Below, in pieces: positions 37,547-51,443 of a DNA stretch of 64,000 nucleotides. The stretch's first letter is position 1; each line of letters starts with the position of its first letter. This DNA comes from Actinomycetes bacterium. Lineage in GTDB: Bacteria; Actinomycetota; UBA4738; HRBIN12. The notes under the pieces are model-generated. The model was not told where the DNA came from, did not search any database, and saw only the letters and a list, made by a program, of their open reading frames with translations. The stretch covers positions 697 to 64,696 of the forward strand of contig JANXVR010000103.1 of assembly GCA_025351565.1 (NCBI GenBank), written 5' to 3'. A program made the position numbers and the translations under genes.

Positions 37547-38515
37547 GTGAGCGAACCTCGCGTCCCGATCCTGTCCCGTCTTGGAGCGGGTATCACCGCC
37601 ATCGACACCGGGATGATCGGTGAGAGAGCCCTCAACGCCGTCTATCTCATCGGTGGATCCGAGCCGACGCTGGTCGAGGCGGGCCCGGGGGCCGACCTGC
37701 CTGTGGTGCTGGCGGCCCTGGAAGCGTTGGGGGTCGATACGGGGAGCCTCGCGCACATCGTGCTCACGCACGTTCACGTCGATCATGGCGGCGGTGCGGG
37801 TGCGCTCATCCGGCACTTCCCCCATGCGACACTCTGGGTGCACGAGCACGGCGCCCGGCATATGGTCGACCCCTCCCGCCTTCTCGCGAGCACCGCGCGA
37901 ACGTACGGCCCTGACCGGATGGAGGCCTTCTTCGGTCGCACAGAACCGGTCCCCGGCAATCGGCTGCGCTCGGTGGTCGACGGCTCCAGGATCGACCTGG
38001 GCGACCGGGCACTCAGGGTCATCCATACCCCCGGCCATGCTTCCCACCATGTAGCTCTTCATGACACCGAGAGCGGGGCAGTCTTCACGGGCGAAGCGAT
38101 CGGCTCGTATCTTCCCTGGGGCCCCGCGTTCCGGCCGGCGCTCCCACCGCCCGAGGTCGACGTCGAGCAGGCATTGGCGAGCATCGATCGCATCGCCGCA
38201 CTTGCGCCGACACAGCTCCTCACGTCGCACTTCGGCCCCGTTCCCGACGGGGTCGATGGATGTGCCCTGGCGAAGGACGCGATCCGGTCCTGGAGCACCA
38301 TGATCAGGCGTCAACTCGAGATCGACCCGGATGCCCCGCAGCAACGGCTCACCGGCGCTCTCGCCGCCCTTGCAGAGGACACGTTCGCCGAACAGACAGG
38401 GCGTCCGCTCGGGGATGAACGCGCGCGCTACGACGTGATCGGCAGCATCGACATGAACGCGATCGGCCTCACCCGGTACTGGCGGAAGCGCTGGGCGAAC
38501 GAACCCTCCTCCTAG
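37547..38515 (+). CDS. MBL-fold metallo-hydrolase
   Basis: 322-aa ORF with a GTG start: IVLTHVHVDHGGGAG (HxHxDH), IHTPGHASHH. Confidence 0.85.
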   Translation: MSEPRVPILSRLGAGITAIDTGMIGERALNAVYLIGGSEPTLVEAGPGADLPVVLAALEALGVDTGSLAHIVLTHVHVDHGGGAGALIRHFPHATLWVHEHGARHMVDPSRLLASTARTYGPDRMEAFFGRTEPVPGNRLRSVVDGSRIDLGDRALRVIHTPGHASHHVALHDTESGAVFTGEAIGSYLPWGPAFRPALPPPEVDVEQALASIDRIAALAPTQLLTSHFGPVPDGVDGCALAKDAIRSWSTMIRRQLEIDPDAPQQRLTGALAALAEDTFAEQTGRPLGDERARYDVIGSIDMNAIGLTRYWRKRWANEPSS

Positions 38516-39198
38516 CCCAAGTCGGCCAATCGCTCGGCCGCATCGAAGGCGCTGGCGTCGTGCCGCATGATCTTGCGAAATTCCTCCGCGGCTTCGTCAC
38601 GACGGCCCGCCCTGGCCAAGATGTCGCCACGGACGTACCACAGGCGCAGGGTGTAGGGCTCCGAGATGTCTTCCCGTGTCTTGGCCCGCCCGAGGAAGGC
38701 CAGAGCCTCGGGATAGCGCTGCTGATCCGCCAACGCAGAGGCGGCGACGATCACCGCCTCCGCCTTCGCTTCGTTCGATGCCTTGGACCGGAGCTCCTCC
38801 TCGGCCAGCGGGATGGCCTCACTCGATCTCCCCAACGCCCGGAGGCAGTCGGCCAACACGTGATTCTGGTCCGCGCTCCCGCTCATCCGGCGGTATGCCT
38901 TCAGTTCGGCGGCGGCCTCCTGCCACCGTCCCGTGCCGTACAGCGCCAGCCCCAGCACCTCTCGGACGCCGCCCGAGCGAGGAGCCGCTGCCTTGGCCTG
39001 CATCGCCTCCGTGACCGCCACCTTCGCATCCCCCCGTTCCAGGAGATCTACGGCGCGGGAGAGCTTCGCGATGGCCAGCTCCTGGTCCGCGGGTCGCGCC
39101 GATCGGCGGATCTCATCGAGAAGTTCTCGCGGGAGTGGTGGCTTGGCCGCGCTCGGCGGCCGATGACCACCGGGGCGGGGCTGGAGGGCTTTTGGCAT
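38512..39198 (-). CDS. tetratricopeptide-repeat protein
   Basis: ORF 38512..39393 from ATG 39198 (MPKALQPRPGG...). The upstream part of the listed ORF runs through the rrn terminator and 5S rRNA, so it is not coding. The body consists of TPR-like Ala-rich helical pairs. Confidence 0.7.
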   Translation of the reverse strand: MPKALQPRPGGHRPPSAAKPPLPRELLDEIRRSARPADQELAIAKLSRAVDLLERGDAKVAVTEAMQAKAAAPRSGGVREVLGLALYGTGRWQEAAAELKAYRRMSGSADQNHVLADCLRALGRSSEAIPLAEEELRSKASNEAKAEAVIVAASALADQQRYPEALAFLGRAKTREDISEPYTLRLWYVRGDILARAGRRDEAAEEFRKIMRHDASAFDAAERLADLG

Positions 39199-39246
39199 CT
39201 GGACTCCTAGGGTACGAAACGACGGAGCATACCGAGGGGAACGACA

Positions 39247-39270
39247 ACGGGCCGCCCGAAGGCGGCCCGT
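39247..39270 (-). terminator. rrn operon intrinsic terminator
   Basis: Perfect 10-bp stem ACGGGCCGCC/GGCGGCCCGT with a 4-nt loop (UUCG on the transcribed strand), followed by UGUCGUU. It lies 10 nt downstream of the 5S 3' end. Confidence 0.7.
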
Positions 39271-39279
39271 TGTAAAGAA

Positions 39280-39399
39280 GTCTCGGCAACGACCTACTCT
39301 CCCACCCAGTTTCCCAGGCAGTACCATCGGCGCGGGAGGGCTTAACTTCCGGGTTCGAGATGGGACCGGGTGTTTCCCCTCCGCCATGGCCACCGAAAC
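39280..39399 (-). rRNA. rrf: 5S ribosomal RNA
   Basis: The reverse complement begins GTTTCGGTGGCCATGGCGGAGGGGAAACACCCGGTCCCATCTCGAACCCGGAAGTTAAGCCCTCCCGCGCCGATGGTACTGCC... and ends ...GTAGGTCGTTGCCGAGAC. The terminal helix I pairs the two ends. Confidence 0.9.
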
Positions 39400-39496
39400 A
39401 GCGGTCTCCCTTTCAGACCCCGAAGGATCGTCAGAGAAGCTCTGAGGGTGCGTCCCTCGAGCAGAGCTCGGGAACTACGATAGCGAGCGCGAGCAA

Positions 39497-42597
<3,101 letters not shown>

Positions 42598-42619
42598 TAG
42601 ATGCTCGCGCTCGCTATCG

Positions 42620-42633
42620 AGTTCTCAAGGTGC
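42620..42633 (-). promoter_or_regulatory. boxA-like antitermination/processing motif in the 16S-23S spacer
   Basis: The 14-mer AGTTCTCAAGGTGC (transcript sense GCACCUUGAGAACU) is identical to the one at 44565-44578 in the 16S leader. As recalled, UUGAGAACU is a conserved leader/spacer element of actinobacterial rrn operons. Confidence 0.4.
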
Positions 42634-42831
42634 CCGAAGGTTCGCACCCTCAAAGCTGAACAGCGCGACGACGCCGGCATGCATCTTCGATCCAGCACGC
42701 GTTCGCCCCGAAGGACTACTAGAAGTGTGGTTCGAAAGATGTTCCGACGAACTAGCCAGTGCATCAACCTGGAGTCTTCCGGGATGCTGAGCCGGGAACG
42801 GATGTCCCTGCTCACCGGTATGCCAAAGGCT

Positions 42832-44355
<1,524 letters not shown>

Positions 44356-44564
44356 AGATTTCACAATCCCCTCACCCGAAGGCTCGGGGTTCGTTGATTC
44401 GTTGGAAAGCTGGTCGGCTACGGGCAGGCACTGCCCTGACCGACCGTTTCGATCCCGCCCGAATATCCGGACGGTTTCAGTACTACAACCCTCAGGTGGT
44501 TCTGACACGGCGAACCGCGCCATCCCCATCTGACGGAAAGGCACTGGCTTTTGTCACGCTGTTC

Positions 44565-44578
44565 AGTTCTCAAGGTGC
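44565..44578 (-). promoter_or_regulatory. boxA-like motif in the 16S leader
   Basis: Second exact copy of AGTTCTCAAGGTGC (see 42620-42633), about 210 nt upstream of the mature 16S. Confidence 0.4.
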
Positions 44579-44644
44579 GAAAGGCGCAGGAGTCCAACCT
44601 CGGCGGGGTTTTGGGCCTCGCGCAGGGGACTCTCGCGCTCACGT

Positions 44645-44672
44645 ATGGTAGCAGGGTGCCCCGGTTCGTCAA
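44645..44672 (-). promoter_or_regulatory. candidate rrn promoter
   Basis: On the reverse strand: TTGACG (44672-44667), 16-nt spacer, TACCAT (44650-44645). It lies just downstream of the tyrS stop and about 290 nt upstream of 16S. Sequence match only. Confidence 0.35.
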
Positions 44673-44677
44673 CCGGA

Positions 44678-45913
44678 CTAGTCGCGCGCCAACCGAACGA
44701 ACTGCCGGCGGCCCACCTGCAGGACCCTCCCACGTAGGTCGGAGGGGTTGAATTCCGCCTCGGGGTCCGTGAGTGGATCACCGTCCAGCCGCACCCCGCC
44801 CTGCTGCACGGCGCGCCTGGCCTCGCCGTTCGAGGCCGCGAGCCCCGTGCCGACGAGCAGCTTCGGGAGCCAGACCTTGCCATCACGCAACGCTGATGCA
44901 GGGATGGGCAACTCGCGGATCTCGTCCGGGATGCCGTGCGACCTGAACACCTTGTCGAAACGCTCCTCCGCTGCTGAGCCGGCACCCTCCCCGTGGTAGA
45001 GCTCGACGATGTCCCGGGCAAGATGGCGCTTCTCCTGATTGGGATGCAGAGATCCGTCCGCTAGTCCGGCCTCCACACGGTCCGCCTCGTCCGCATCGAG
45101 CGGCGTGCAAAGGCGCAGGTACTTCGCGATCAGCGTGTCAGGGATGGACATGAGCTTGCCGAACATCTGGTCGGAGGGCTCGGTGAGCCCGATGTAGTTG
45201 TCCAGCGACTTCGACATCTTCCGCGTACCATCGGTCCCTTCGATGAGTGGCATGGTCAGCACGACCTGCGGCGCTTGCCCGTAGGCTCGCTGTACCTCCC
45301 GGCCCATGAGGAGGTTGAAGGTCTGATCCGTACCACCGAGCTCCACGTCGGCACGCACGGCCACGGAGTCATACCCCTGGAACATGGGGTAGAGGAACTC
45401 CACCAGGCTGATCGGGGTTCCGGATCGGTATCGAGCCCGGAAGTCTTCGCGTTCAAGGAGCTGGGCGACGGTGGCAACGGAGGTGAGGCGGATCAGTTCG
45501 CCCATATCCATCCCGGCCAGCCAGTCGGCGTTGTGCCGGATCTCGGCGCGCTCTACGTCCAGCACTAGCGCCGCCTGCTCGAGGTAGGTTCGGGCGTTCG
45601 CCTCAGCTTCGGTCTGGGTGAGCATGGGTCGTGTGTCGGACCGCCCGGACGGGTCGCCGACCATGCTGGTGAAGTCTCCGATGATGAGGACGGCCTGATG
45701 GCCGGCGTCCTGGAACTGGCGAAGCTTCCGCAGGACCACCGTGTGTCCGAGCGTGAGGTCGGGCCGGCTCGGGTCGATCCCGAGCTTGACCCTCAGCGGC
45801 GCTCCCGAGGCGAGTTTGTCTTGGAGTCCGGCGGCGGGGACGACCTCGTGGGCCCCGCTGGCGAGGAGCGCGTGCGCGTCGGCGGCCATCCCGCCGGATG
45901 CTACCAGTGCCAT
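44678..45913 (-). CDS. tyrS: tyrosine--tRNA ligase
   Basis: 411-aa ORF: KLGIDPSRPDLTLGHTVVLRKL (HIGH-type), GTRKMSKSLDN (KMSKS), and a C-terminal S4-like domain. Confidence 0.95.
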   Translation of the reverse strand: MALVASGGMAADAHALLASGAHEVVPAAGLQDKLASGAPLRVKLGIDPSRPDLTLGHTVVLRKLRQFQDAGHQAVLIIGDFTSMVGDPSGRSDTRPMLTQTEAEANARTYLEQAALVLDVERAEIRHNADWLAGMDMGELIRLTSVATVAQLLEREDFRARYRSGTPISLVEFLYPMFQGYDSVAVRADVELGGTDQTFNLLMGREVQRAYGQAPQVVLTMPLIEGTDGTRKMSKSLDNYIGLTEPSDQMFGKLMSIPDTLIAKYLRLCTPLDADEADRVEAGLADGSLHPNQEKRHLARDIVELYHGEGAGSAAEERFDKVFRSHGIPDEIRELPIPASALRDGKVWLPKLLVGTGLAASNGEARRAVQQGGVRLDGDPLTDPEAEFNPSDLRGRVLQVGRRQFVRLARD

Positions 45914-45942
45914 CTCGCGAGCAAAGGTAGACTCGCGCAGGG

Positions 45943-48174
45943 ATGCGCGTTCCTCGGATCTTCCCCGTTCTCACGGTCTTCGCCCTGGTGGCGAGCGCGT
46001 GTTCCATCCCACACCTGGCGGATTACGAGCGGACGGCGCAACCTCTGCCGCAGACCTCGTTCCTTTACGCCGCCGACGGGAGCCTTATCACCCGGCTCCA
46101 TGCCGGCCAGGACCGCGTCCTCCTGCACTACGCCCAGATGCCCGAGTCGATCAAGCAGGCCGTCGTCGCCGTTGAGGACCGGCGCTTCTGGACCCACCAT
46201 GGCATCGACCTGCGCGGGGTGCTCCGTGCCGCCTACCAGGACGCGGCCAACGGGACGGTGGTGCAGGGCGGATCGACTATCACGCAGCAGCTCATCAAGA
46301 ACCTCTATCTCAGCGATACCCGAACGCTGGCCCGCAAGGTGGATGAAGCCATCCTCGCCTGGCAGCTGGAAGACCAGCTCACGAAGGAGCAGATCCTCGC
46401 GAAGTACCTGAACACGGTGTATTTCGGGGAAGGCGCGTACGGCATCCAGGCAGCCGCGCAGACCTACTTCGGGGTTGACGCGAACGGCCTGTCCCTGTCG
46501 CAGTCGGCGACGCTCGCCGGCCTCATCGCCGTGCCGAACAGCTTCGACCCGTTCGCGCATCCGACGCGAGCGAGGACGCGGCGCGATCTGGTGCTGCAGG
46601 ACATGGTCGATCAGGGCATGATCTCCGCCGCCAGACGTGCGGGGGCCTCCGCCGGGCGCATCGTCTTGCACCCTCCTTCGGCACAGGACCGCTATCCCTA
46701 CCCGTACTTCGTGGACTACTTCAAGCAGTGGTTCCTTTCCAATCCCGCGTTCGGGGTTGACCGGGCTGCACGCAACACCCTCCTGTTCACCGGAGGGCTC
46801 CGGATCACCACCACCCTTGATCCCACGCTGCAGGCCGACGCCGAACGAGCCGTCCGATCGATCCTCCCGTATCCGACGGACCCGAGCGCGGCGATGACCG
46901 TCATCGACCCGCGGACGGGATACGTCCGTGCGATGGTCGGAGGGAAGGACGCGCAGTACTGGGATCCCCACTCAAGTTCGGGCCGCGTGAACCTGGCCAC
47001 CGGCGGCAGCACCGGACGCCAGGCGGGGTCGTCGTTCAAGCCGTTCGCGCTGGTGGCTGCGCTGGAGCAAGGGATGACGCCGTCGACGGTATTCTCGGCT
47101 CCCGCCTCGATCGACATCCCGATCGGCGGTGGCCAGGTGTGGCACGTGACGAACGCCGAGGGTAGCGGGTACGGGAGCCTGACACTCGAGTCCGCGACGG
47201 TCTATTCGGTGAACACGGTGTTCGCGCAGGTGATCCAGCAGGTCGGCCCGGAGAACGTCATCGGCGTCGCCAAACAGATGGGTATCCGGTGCTGTATCCG
47301 CACGACCGAACCGAAGCATCAGCTGCAGCCCTACTACTCGTCGGTGCTGGGAACGAACGAGGTGAACACCCTGGAGATGGCCTCGGCGTATGGGACCTTC
47401 GCGACGGGGGGCCGTCGTACGCAGCCGGTGCCGGCGGTCACGATCACCGACGCGAAGGGCAACGTGATCTGGTCGGCCAACCCACAACCCAAGCTCGTGG
47501 TGGACCCGCGCGTGGTGGCGGTAGCCGACGGCATCCTGCAGAAGGTGGTCCTGTACGGCACCGGCGTCGCCGCGAACATCGGGCGTCCCCAGATCGGCAA
47601 GACCGGTACCAACCAGAACTACACCGACGCGTGGTTCGGGGGCGCGGTCCCCCAGCTCTCCGCCGTGGTGTGGGTGGGCTTCCCGCAGGGGCAGGTGCCG
47701 ATGACGCCGCCCACGACGCGGATCACGGTGTTCGGAGGGACTTGGCCTGCCCAGATCTGGCACGCGTTCATGGTTCAGGCCACCGCGCATATGCCGGTGC
47801 GTTCGTTCCCTTCGCCCTCGGTGAGCTACGTATCGGTTGCCGTGGATATCACCCAGACCCCCTACTGCCTCCCCAATCAGTTCACGCTGCCGGCCAATAT
47901 CAGCACCCTGCAGTTCATCTCAGGGATCCAACCGCACAAGACCTGTACCACGCCGACCTCTACCCGCCAGGTGAACGTCCCGTCGGTGATCGGGCGTTCG
48001 CAGGCCTCGGCCACAGCGATCCTGGAGCGTGCCGGGTTCAACGTGGCGGTGGTGTTGACACAGTCCACGCTCCCCACCGGCTCCGTCATCGCACAGAGTC
48101 CGACGGCGGGGACCAGCGTGTCGCAAACCGGGACCGTTACGATCACGGTTTCTCAGGTGCCCCCGAGCCCGTGA
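45943..48174 (+). CDS. class A penicillin-binding protein (transglycosylase + transpeptidase) with C-terminal PASTA domain
   Basis: 743-aa ORF: AVVAVEDRRFWTHHGID and GGSTITQQL (GT51); GSSFKPF (SxxK), YSVNTVF (SxN), GKTGTN (KTG). The C-terminal VPSVIGRSQASATAILERAGFNVAVV...VTITVS is PASTA. The N-terminus MRVPRIFPVLTVFALVASAC is lipobox-like. Confidence 0.9.
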   Translation: MRVPRIFPVLTVFALVASACSIPHLADYERTAQPLPQTSFLYAADGSLITRLHAGQDRVLLHYAQMPESIKQAVVAVEDRRFWTHHGIDLRGVLRAAYQDAANGTVVQGGSTITQQLIKNLYLSDTRTLARKVDEAILAWQLEDQLTKEQILAKYLNTVYFGEGAYGIQAAAQTYFGVDANGLSLSQSATLAGLIAVPNSFDPFAHPTRARTRRDLVLQDMVDQGMISAARRAGASAGRIVLHPPSAQDRYPYPYFVDYFKQWFLSNPAFGVDRAARNTLLFTGGLRITTTLDPTLQADAERAVRSILPYPTDPSAAMTVIDPRTGYVRAMVGGKDAQYWDPHSSSGRVNLATGGSTGRQAGSSFKPFALVAALEQGMTPSTVFSAPASIDIPIGGGQVWHVTNAEGSGYGSLTLESATVYSVNTVFAQVIQQVGPENVIGVAKQMGIRCCIRTTEPKHQLQPYYSSVLGTNEVNTLEMASAYGTFATGGRRTQPVPAVTITDAKGNVIWSANPQPKLVVDPRVVAVADGILQKVVLYGTGVAANIGRPQIGKTGTNQNYTDAWFGGAVPQLSAVVWVGFPQGQVPMTPPTTRITVFGGTWPAQIWHAFMVQATAHMPVRSFPSPSVSYVSVAVDITQTPYCLPNQFTLPANISTLQFISGIQPHKTCTTPTSTRQVNVPSVIGRSQASATAILERAGFNVAVVLTQSTLPTGSVIAQSPTAGTSVSQTGTVTITVSQVPPSP

Positions 48175-48757
48175 CCTTGCGGGGACCGGACACGAACGCG
48201 TTGCCCCGCTCCCAGAACCGGCGCGGTAGGCCCGAAGCCTCCCGTACGCCGATCCTCGGACCCATCGCGATGTCGTCCGGCCGGATCCCCGCGGCACCCT
48301 CGAACCAGGACGTGCCTGTCGTCGTGAGGTCCAGGCCGTTGTCGGCGCCAGAGATCGCGAGGGCCTGCGCGAGCCGTCCGGGACCGACCGCGAGCGGCAC
48401 GCGGCCGCCTCGATTGCATGCCATCTCCTCCGTCCCTTCGATCGGCTCCCCCGCCCGGAGCAATACGGCGCTCCCATCCTCCGGCACGCCGGTGACAACG
48501 TTCGCGCACCAATGCACGCCGTAGACGAAGTACACGTAAAGATGGCCGGGGGGGCCGAACATGACCGCGGTGCGATCGGTAACCCCCCGGTAGGCGTGGC
48601 TGGCCGGATCGTCGGGCTCATAGGCCTCCGTCTCCACGATCCGCACACGAAGGTGAGCCCCCGTTGGGGAGATCCGGACGAGTGTTCGTCCCAAGAGGTC
48701 CGGAGCCACCTCCGTGGCGCTGCGACCGAAGAACGCTCGGCCGAGCCGAGCGCTCAT
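48143..48757 (-). CDS. mpg: DNA-3-methyladenine glycosylase (MPG/AAG family)
   Basis: ORF 48143..48928 from ATG 48757 (ATGA overlap with the polX stop): MSARLGRAFFGRSATEVAPDLLGRTL...IVETEAYEPDDPASHAYRG...GHLYVYFVYGVHWCANVV. Its 3' end overlaps the convergent PBP gene by 32 nt. Confidence 0.85.
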   Translation of the reverse strand: MSARLGRAFFGRSATEVAPDLLGRTLVRISPTGAHLRVRIVETEAYEPDDPASHAYRGVTDRTAVMFGPPGHLYVYFVYGVHWCANVVTGVPEDGSAVLLRAGEPIEGTEEMACNRGGRVPLAVGPGRLAQALAISGADNGLDLTTTGTSWFEGAAGIRPDDIAMGPRIGVREASGLPRRFWERGNAFVSGPRKVTGSGAPEKP

Positions 48758-50472
48758 CGTGGCTTCAGGGATCGTTCGAGCTTGGACCAGGGCCAGGCGT
48801 TGATGACGTCCGCTTTGGTGAGCCAGCCCCGCTGGGCCGTGGCCACGCCGAACCGCATGAGATCGAGGTGCGTGGTGGCATGCGCGTCCGTATCGATCGC
48901 GAACCGAACACCGTGACGCTTGGCCCACAGGATGTGTTCGTCCTTGAGATCCAGGCGGTCGGGATGTGCGTTGACCTCCAGCGCGGTTCCCGTGCGTCCG
49001 GCTGCCTCGAAGACGGCTTCGAGATCCAGGTCGACGGGCGGTCTCCCGCCCACCTTACGGGTGGTCAGGTGGCCGATGATGTGCACGTGAGGGTTCTCGA
49101 TGGCGCGGAGCACGCGCCGGGTCATCTCCTCCCTGGACTGCGTGAAGTGAGAGTGGACGGAGGCAACCGTGAGGTCGAATCCGGCAAGGAACTCATCGGG
49201 CCAGTCCAGTTCGCCCTCCGGACCGATGTTCAGCTCGGCGCCGTGGAGCAGCTTCATAGCCGGGTGGCGGGGCTGCAGGGCCCGGAGGCGCTCGCGCTGG
49301 TCGAGGATCTTCTCGGTGGTCATGCGTTGCATAGCGAGGTCGGGTGCGTGGTCGGTTACGGCGAGGTAGGCGTAACCGCGGGCGGCGGCCGCATCTAGCA
49401 TCTCCTCCAGCGAGGCAACACCGTCCGTGAGATCGGTGTGGGTGTGAAGATCTCCGCGGATGTCCCGCTCCTGGATGAGGTCGGGCAGAGCGCCTGCAAG
49501 CGCCGCCTCTACCTCGCCGCGGTCCTCACGCAGCGTCGGTTCGATGAACGGCAGGCCGAGCTTCGCGTACACCGCCTCCTCCGTCTTGGCGGCCAGGAGC
49601 TCTCCCGTCTTCGCGTCGAAGAGCCCGTACTCGTTGAGCTTGAGGCCCACCCGAACGGCCATCTCCCTGATGCGGACGTTGTGCGCCTTCGAGCCGGTGA
49701 AGTAGATCATGGCCGCGCCCCAGACCTGGGCCGGAATGACCCGCAGGTCCACCTGGAGCCCGTGTTCGACCAGCACGGAGGACTTCGTGTCGCCATGGCC
49801 AAGCACCCTGGTTACCGCCGGGTGCGTCACGAACCCGTCCATGATCGGGGCGGCATGCCTGGACGCGACCAGGATGTCGACATCGCCGATGGTTTCGCAC
49901 ATCCGGCGGAGCGAGCCGGCGTAGGCGATCTTCCCCACCCCTGGCAGATCCCGGAGGCGCGCGATCACGTCTTTGGCAGCGTCCATCGCGACACCCAGGG
50001 TGACGCGTCCGGCCGCCGACGCGATCTGCGTGATGCCGCGAAGGATGTTCTCTTGCGTCTTGGGTCCGAAGCCCTTCAGGCCCGCCACTCTCCCCTCGCC
50101 GATGGCGATGGCCAGGTCGTCGACCGAACCGATCCCTAGTTCCCCGTGGAGGGCGAAGGCCTTCTTCGGACCCAGGCCGGGGACGGTCATGAGATCGCGA
50201 ACCCCGCCGGGGATCTGGGCGCGGAGCGCTTCAAGCTCGGTGATCGTTCCCGAGGTCAGAAACTCATGGATCTTGTCCCCGATCGACTTCCCGACCCCGG
50301 GTACCTCCAGGATCTCCTTGAGGTCCTTGCCGGTCAGGTCCTCGGGATAGCCGCCGACGGCCCGAGCGGCCTTCTCATACGCCCGCGGCTTGAACGGATC
50401 CTCCGACAGGATCGACAGAAGGTCGGCGAATTCTAGGAGCGCCTGTTCGATGGCCTCGTTCGCCCTGGGCAC
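48754..50472 (-). CDS. polX: DNA polymerase X family protein with C-terminal PHP phosphoesterase domain
   Basis: 572-aa ORF with HhH motifs (VPGVGKSIGDKI, VPGLGPKKA), the PolX palm (GSLRRMCETIGDVDILV), and a PHP domain (GDLHTHTDLTDG, LAVTDH, IIGHL, IDTDAH). Confidence 0.9.
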   Translation of the reverse strand: MPRANEAIEQALLEFADLLSILSEDPFKPRAYEKAARAVGGYPEDLTGKDLKEILEVPGVGKSIGDKIHEFLTSGTITELEALRAQIPGGVRDLMTVPGLGPKKAFALHGELGIGSVDDLAIAIGEGRVAGLKGFGPKTQENILRGITQIASAAGRVTLGVAMDAAKDVIARLRDLPGVGKIAYAGSLRRMCETIGDVDILVASRHAAPIMDGFVTHPAVTRVLGHGDTKSSVLVEHGLQVDLRVIPAQVWGAAMIYFTGSKAHNVRIREMAVRVGLKLNEYGLFDAKTGELLAAKTEEAVYAKLGLPFIEPTLREDRGEVEAALAGALPDLIQERDIRGDLHTHTDLTDGVASLEEMLDAAAARGYAYLAVTDHAPDLAMQRMTTEKILDQRERLRALQPRHPAMKLLHGAELNIGPEGELDWPDEFLAGFDLTVASVHSHFTQSREEMTRRVLRAIENPHVHIIGHLTTRKVGGRPPVDLDLEAVFEAAGRTGTALEVNAHPDRLDLKDEHILWAKRHGVRFAIDTDAHATTHLDLMRFGVATAQRGWLTKADVINAWPWSKLERSLKPR

Positions 50473-50486
50473 GGGGCTCTCCGGCG

Positions 50487-51407
50487 CTACGCCAGACCCA
50501 GGAGGAACAGCAGGAGCGCCTTCTGGGTGTGGAGCCGGTTCTCCACCTGGTCCCAGATGACCGAACGCGGCCCGTCCATGACCTCGGCCGTGATCTCCTG
50601 GCCCCGGTGTGCCGGCAGGCAGTGCATGACCAGGACGTCGGGAGCGGCGAGTTCGACCAGTTGCTGGCTGAGTTGGAAGATCGGGAACACCAGTGCGCGT
50701 TCGTCGGCCTCGGCTTCCTGGCCCATGCTGGCCCAGACATCGGTGCTGAGCACGTCCGCCCCCTTGGCGGCCTGCTCGGGGTCGTGGGTGACCTCGACGG
50801 ACCCACCGGTTTCCGCGGCGATCTCCGCCGCGCGGTGCACGACTTGCGGGATGGGTTCGAATCCCGGAGGGGTGGCGATCCGAACGGTCATGCCGGTCTT
50901 CGCGCCGGCCAGTAGGAGCGAATGGGCGACGTTGTTTCCGTCTCCCAAGTACGTGAGGATCTTCCCTCCGGGTCCTCCGAAGCGCTCACGGATGGTGAGC
51001 ACGTCGGCGAGCGCCTGGCACGGATGCTCGAAGTCGCTCAGAGAATTCACGACCGGCACGGAGGCGGCCCCAGCGAGGACCTCGAGGCGCTCCTGCTCGA
51101 ACGTGCGAAGGACGATGGCGTCCACGTAGCGGCTCAGCGTTCGCCCGGTGTCTTCGATGGTCTCACCGCGGCCGAGCTGCAGCTCCGATGAGTTGAGAAC
51201 CACGGGGTGGCCGCCGAGCTGCGCGACGCCGACCTCGAACGAGACGCGCGTGCGCGTGGACGGCTTCTCGAAGACGAGGGCCACCGCCCGCCCGGCCAGC
51301 CGATCACGGTAGGCCGTGGGGTCGGCCTTCATGGCGTCCGCGAGGTCCAGGAGCCCGGTGAGATCCTCGGGTGACAGATCGTCGACGGAAAGGTAGTCAC
51401 GCTTCAT
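50487..51407 (-). CDS. argF: ornithine carbamoyltransferase
   Basis: ORF 50487..51443 from ATG 51407: MKRDYLSVDDLSPEDL...FEKPSTRTRVSFE (STRTR), HPCQALAD, HCLPAHRGQE (HCLP). No other arg genes are in the window. Confidence 0.9.
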   Translation of the reverse strand: MKRDYLSVDDLSPEDLTGLLDLADAMKADPTAYRDRLAGRAVALVFEKPSTRTRVSFEVGVAQLGGHPVVLNSSELQLGRGETIEDTGRTLSRYVDAIVLRTFEQERLEVLAGAASVPVVNSLSDFEHPCQALADVLTIRERFGGPGGKILTYLGDGNNVAHSLLLAGAKTGMTVRIATPPGFEPIPQVVHRAAEIAAETGGSVEVTHDPEQAAKGADVLSTDVWASMGQEAEADERALVFPIFQLSQQLVELAAPDVLVMHCLPAHRGQEITAEVMDGPRSVIWDQVENRLHTQKALLLFLLGLA

Positions 51408-51443
51408 GGGGTCGGAGTCTATCCCGAGCCGGCCCCCTCGCAC

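Noticed and set aside
44679-45942. T-box leaders for tyrS (also trpS at 22384..22429 and pheS at 54875..54920).
   Set aside because: The upstream intergenic spaces are only 29-46 nt, far too short for a T-box (about 200 nt or more).
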